Positions 63,101 through 64,000 of a stretch of 64,000 nt of DNA are shown here, one piece after another (the stretch's first letter is position 1; every line of letters starts with the position of its first letter). The stretch covers positions 1 through 64,000 of the forward strand of contig JAUCBJ010009089.1 in assembly GCA_032718475.1 (NCBI GenBank). The letters run 5' to 3'. The position numbers were made by a program, and so were the translations under genes. Under the pieces are notes generated by a model, which made no database searches, had not been told where the DNA came from, and was given only the letters and a program-made list of their open reading frames with translations. This DNA comes from Nemertoderma westbladi. Taxonomy: Eukaryota; Animalia; Xenacoelomorpha.

Positions 63101-64000
63101 CTTCATTTCTTGGGGGCTATTGTCCCCAACACCCCTGCTTCTTTTCTTGGGGGCAATCGTCCCCAACACCCCCACTTCTTTTCTTGGGGGCTATCGTCCC
63201 CAACACCCCCACTTCTTTTCTTGGGGGCTATCGTCGCCAACACCCCCACTTATTTTCTTGGGGGCTATCGTCCCCAACACCCCCACTTCTTTTCTTGGGG
63301 GCTATCGTCCCCAACACTCCCACTTCATTTCTTGGGGGCTATTGTCGCCAACACCCCCACTTCTTTTCTTGGGGGCTATCGTCCCCAACACCCCCACTTC
63401 TTCTCTTGGGGGCTATCGTCCCCAACACCCCCACTTCATTTCTTGGGGGCTATCGTCCCCAACACCCCCACTTCTTTTCGTGGGGGCTGTCGTCCCCAAC
63501 ACCCCCACTTCTTTTCTTGGGGGCTATCGTCCCCAACACCGCCACTTCTTTTCTTGGGGGCTATCGTCCCCAACACCCCCACTTATTTTCTTGGGGGCTA
63601 TCGTACCCAACACCCCCACTTCTTTTCTTGGGGGCTATCGTCCCCAACACCCCCACTTCTTTTCTTGGGGGCTATCGTCCCCAACACCCCCACTTCTTTT
63701 CTTGGGGGCTAGCGTTTTCTTTTTTCTTGGGGACCACAAACAATTGTCGCAATATTGTGACAGCCACAAAAAAATATCGTAATGTTGTGACAGTCACAAA
63801 CAATTGTCGCAAGGTTGTGACAGCCACAAACAATTGTCGTAATGTTGTGACAGCCACAAACAATTGTCTTAATGTTGCGACAGCCACAAACAATTGTCGT
63901 AAAATTGTGACAGCTACAAACAATTGTCCGAATGTTGTGATAGCCACAAACAATTGTCGTAGTATTGTGACAACCACAAACAATTGTCGTAATGTTGTGA
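57160..64000. repeat. Composite unit copy 2 (head 57160-57642, 37-bp array, start of the 30-bp array at ~63733); runs off the window
   Basis: Near-identical head and the same junction GGGGGCTAGCGTTTTCTTTTTTCTTGGGGACCACAAAC as copy 1. Confidence 0.92.
57643..63711. repeat. 37-bp minisatellite, ~164 copies
   Basis: Direct tandem copies of the same monomer as 42693-43438. Confidence 0.98.

Noticed and set aside
57675-63782. ORFs of 1258, 1987 and 765 aa (GAIVPNTPTSFLGGYRPQHPHFFSWGLSSPTPPLLFL)n
   Set aside because: The 37-bp monomer has no stop codon in any + frame, and its period is not a multiple of 3, so all frames give the same peptide. Indels shift frame freely. Repeat artefact.

Overview
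AT-rich eukaryotic DNA, most likely from an invertebrate animal; nothing here looks prokaryotic. There is one 100-N assembly gap. Bases 1-42,200 are dominated by decayed transposable elements: RTE-like and CR1/L2-like LINEs, a MULE transposase, piggyBac/MULE/Helentron-type non-autonomous elements, and IS3EU-type elements. Small GT-AG exons scattered among them splice in frame into a + strand gene fragment encoding a galactose-binding/F5/8C-like domain and a mucin WxxW (CysD) domain. A decayed inverted paralog of it lies at ~13.0-13.4 kb. The most notable coding module is an IS3EU-type transposon remnant carrying a convergent alpha-kinase gene, now a pseudogene (25.9-28.5 kb). From 42.2 kb on, the window is a ~15-kb composite tandem unit, with a second copy starting at 57,160. 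The unit has a unique head with a hammerhead-like motif, a 37-bp hairpin minisatellite, and 30-bp satellite arrays interrupted six times by a cassette containing a 129-bp exon-like segment. The very long ORFs in the ORF track there are repeat artefacts. All family assignments come from reading motifs by eye; no searches were run.
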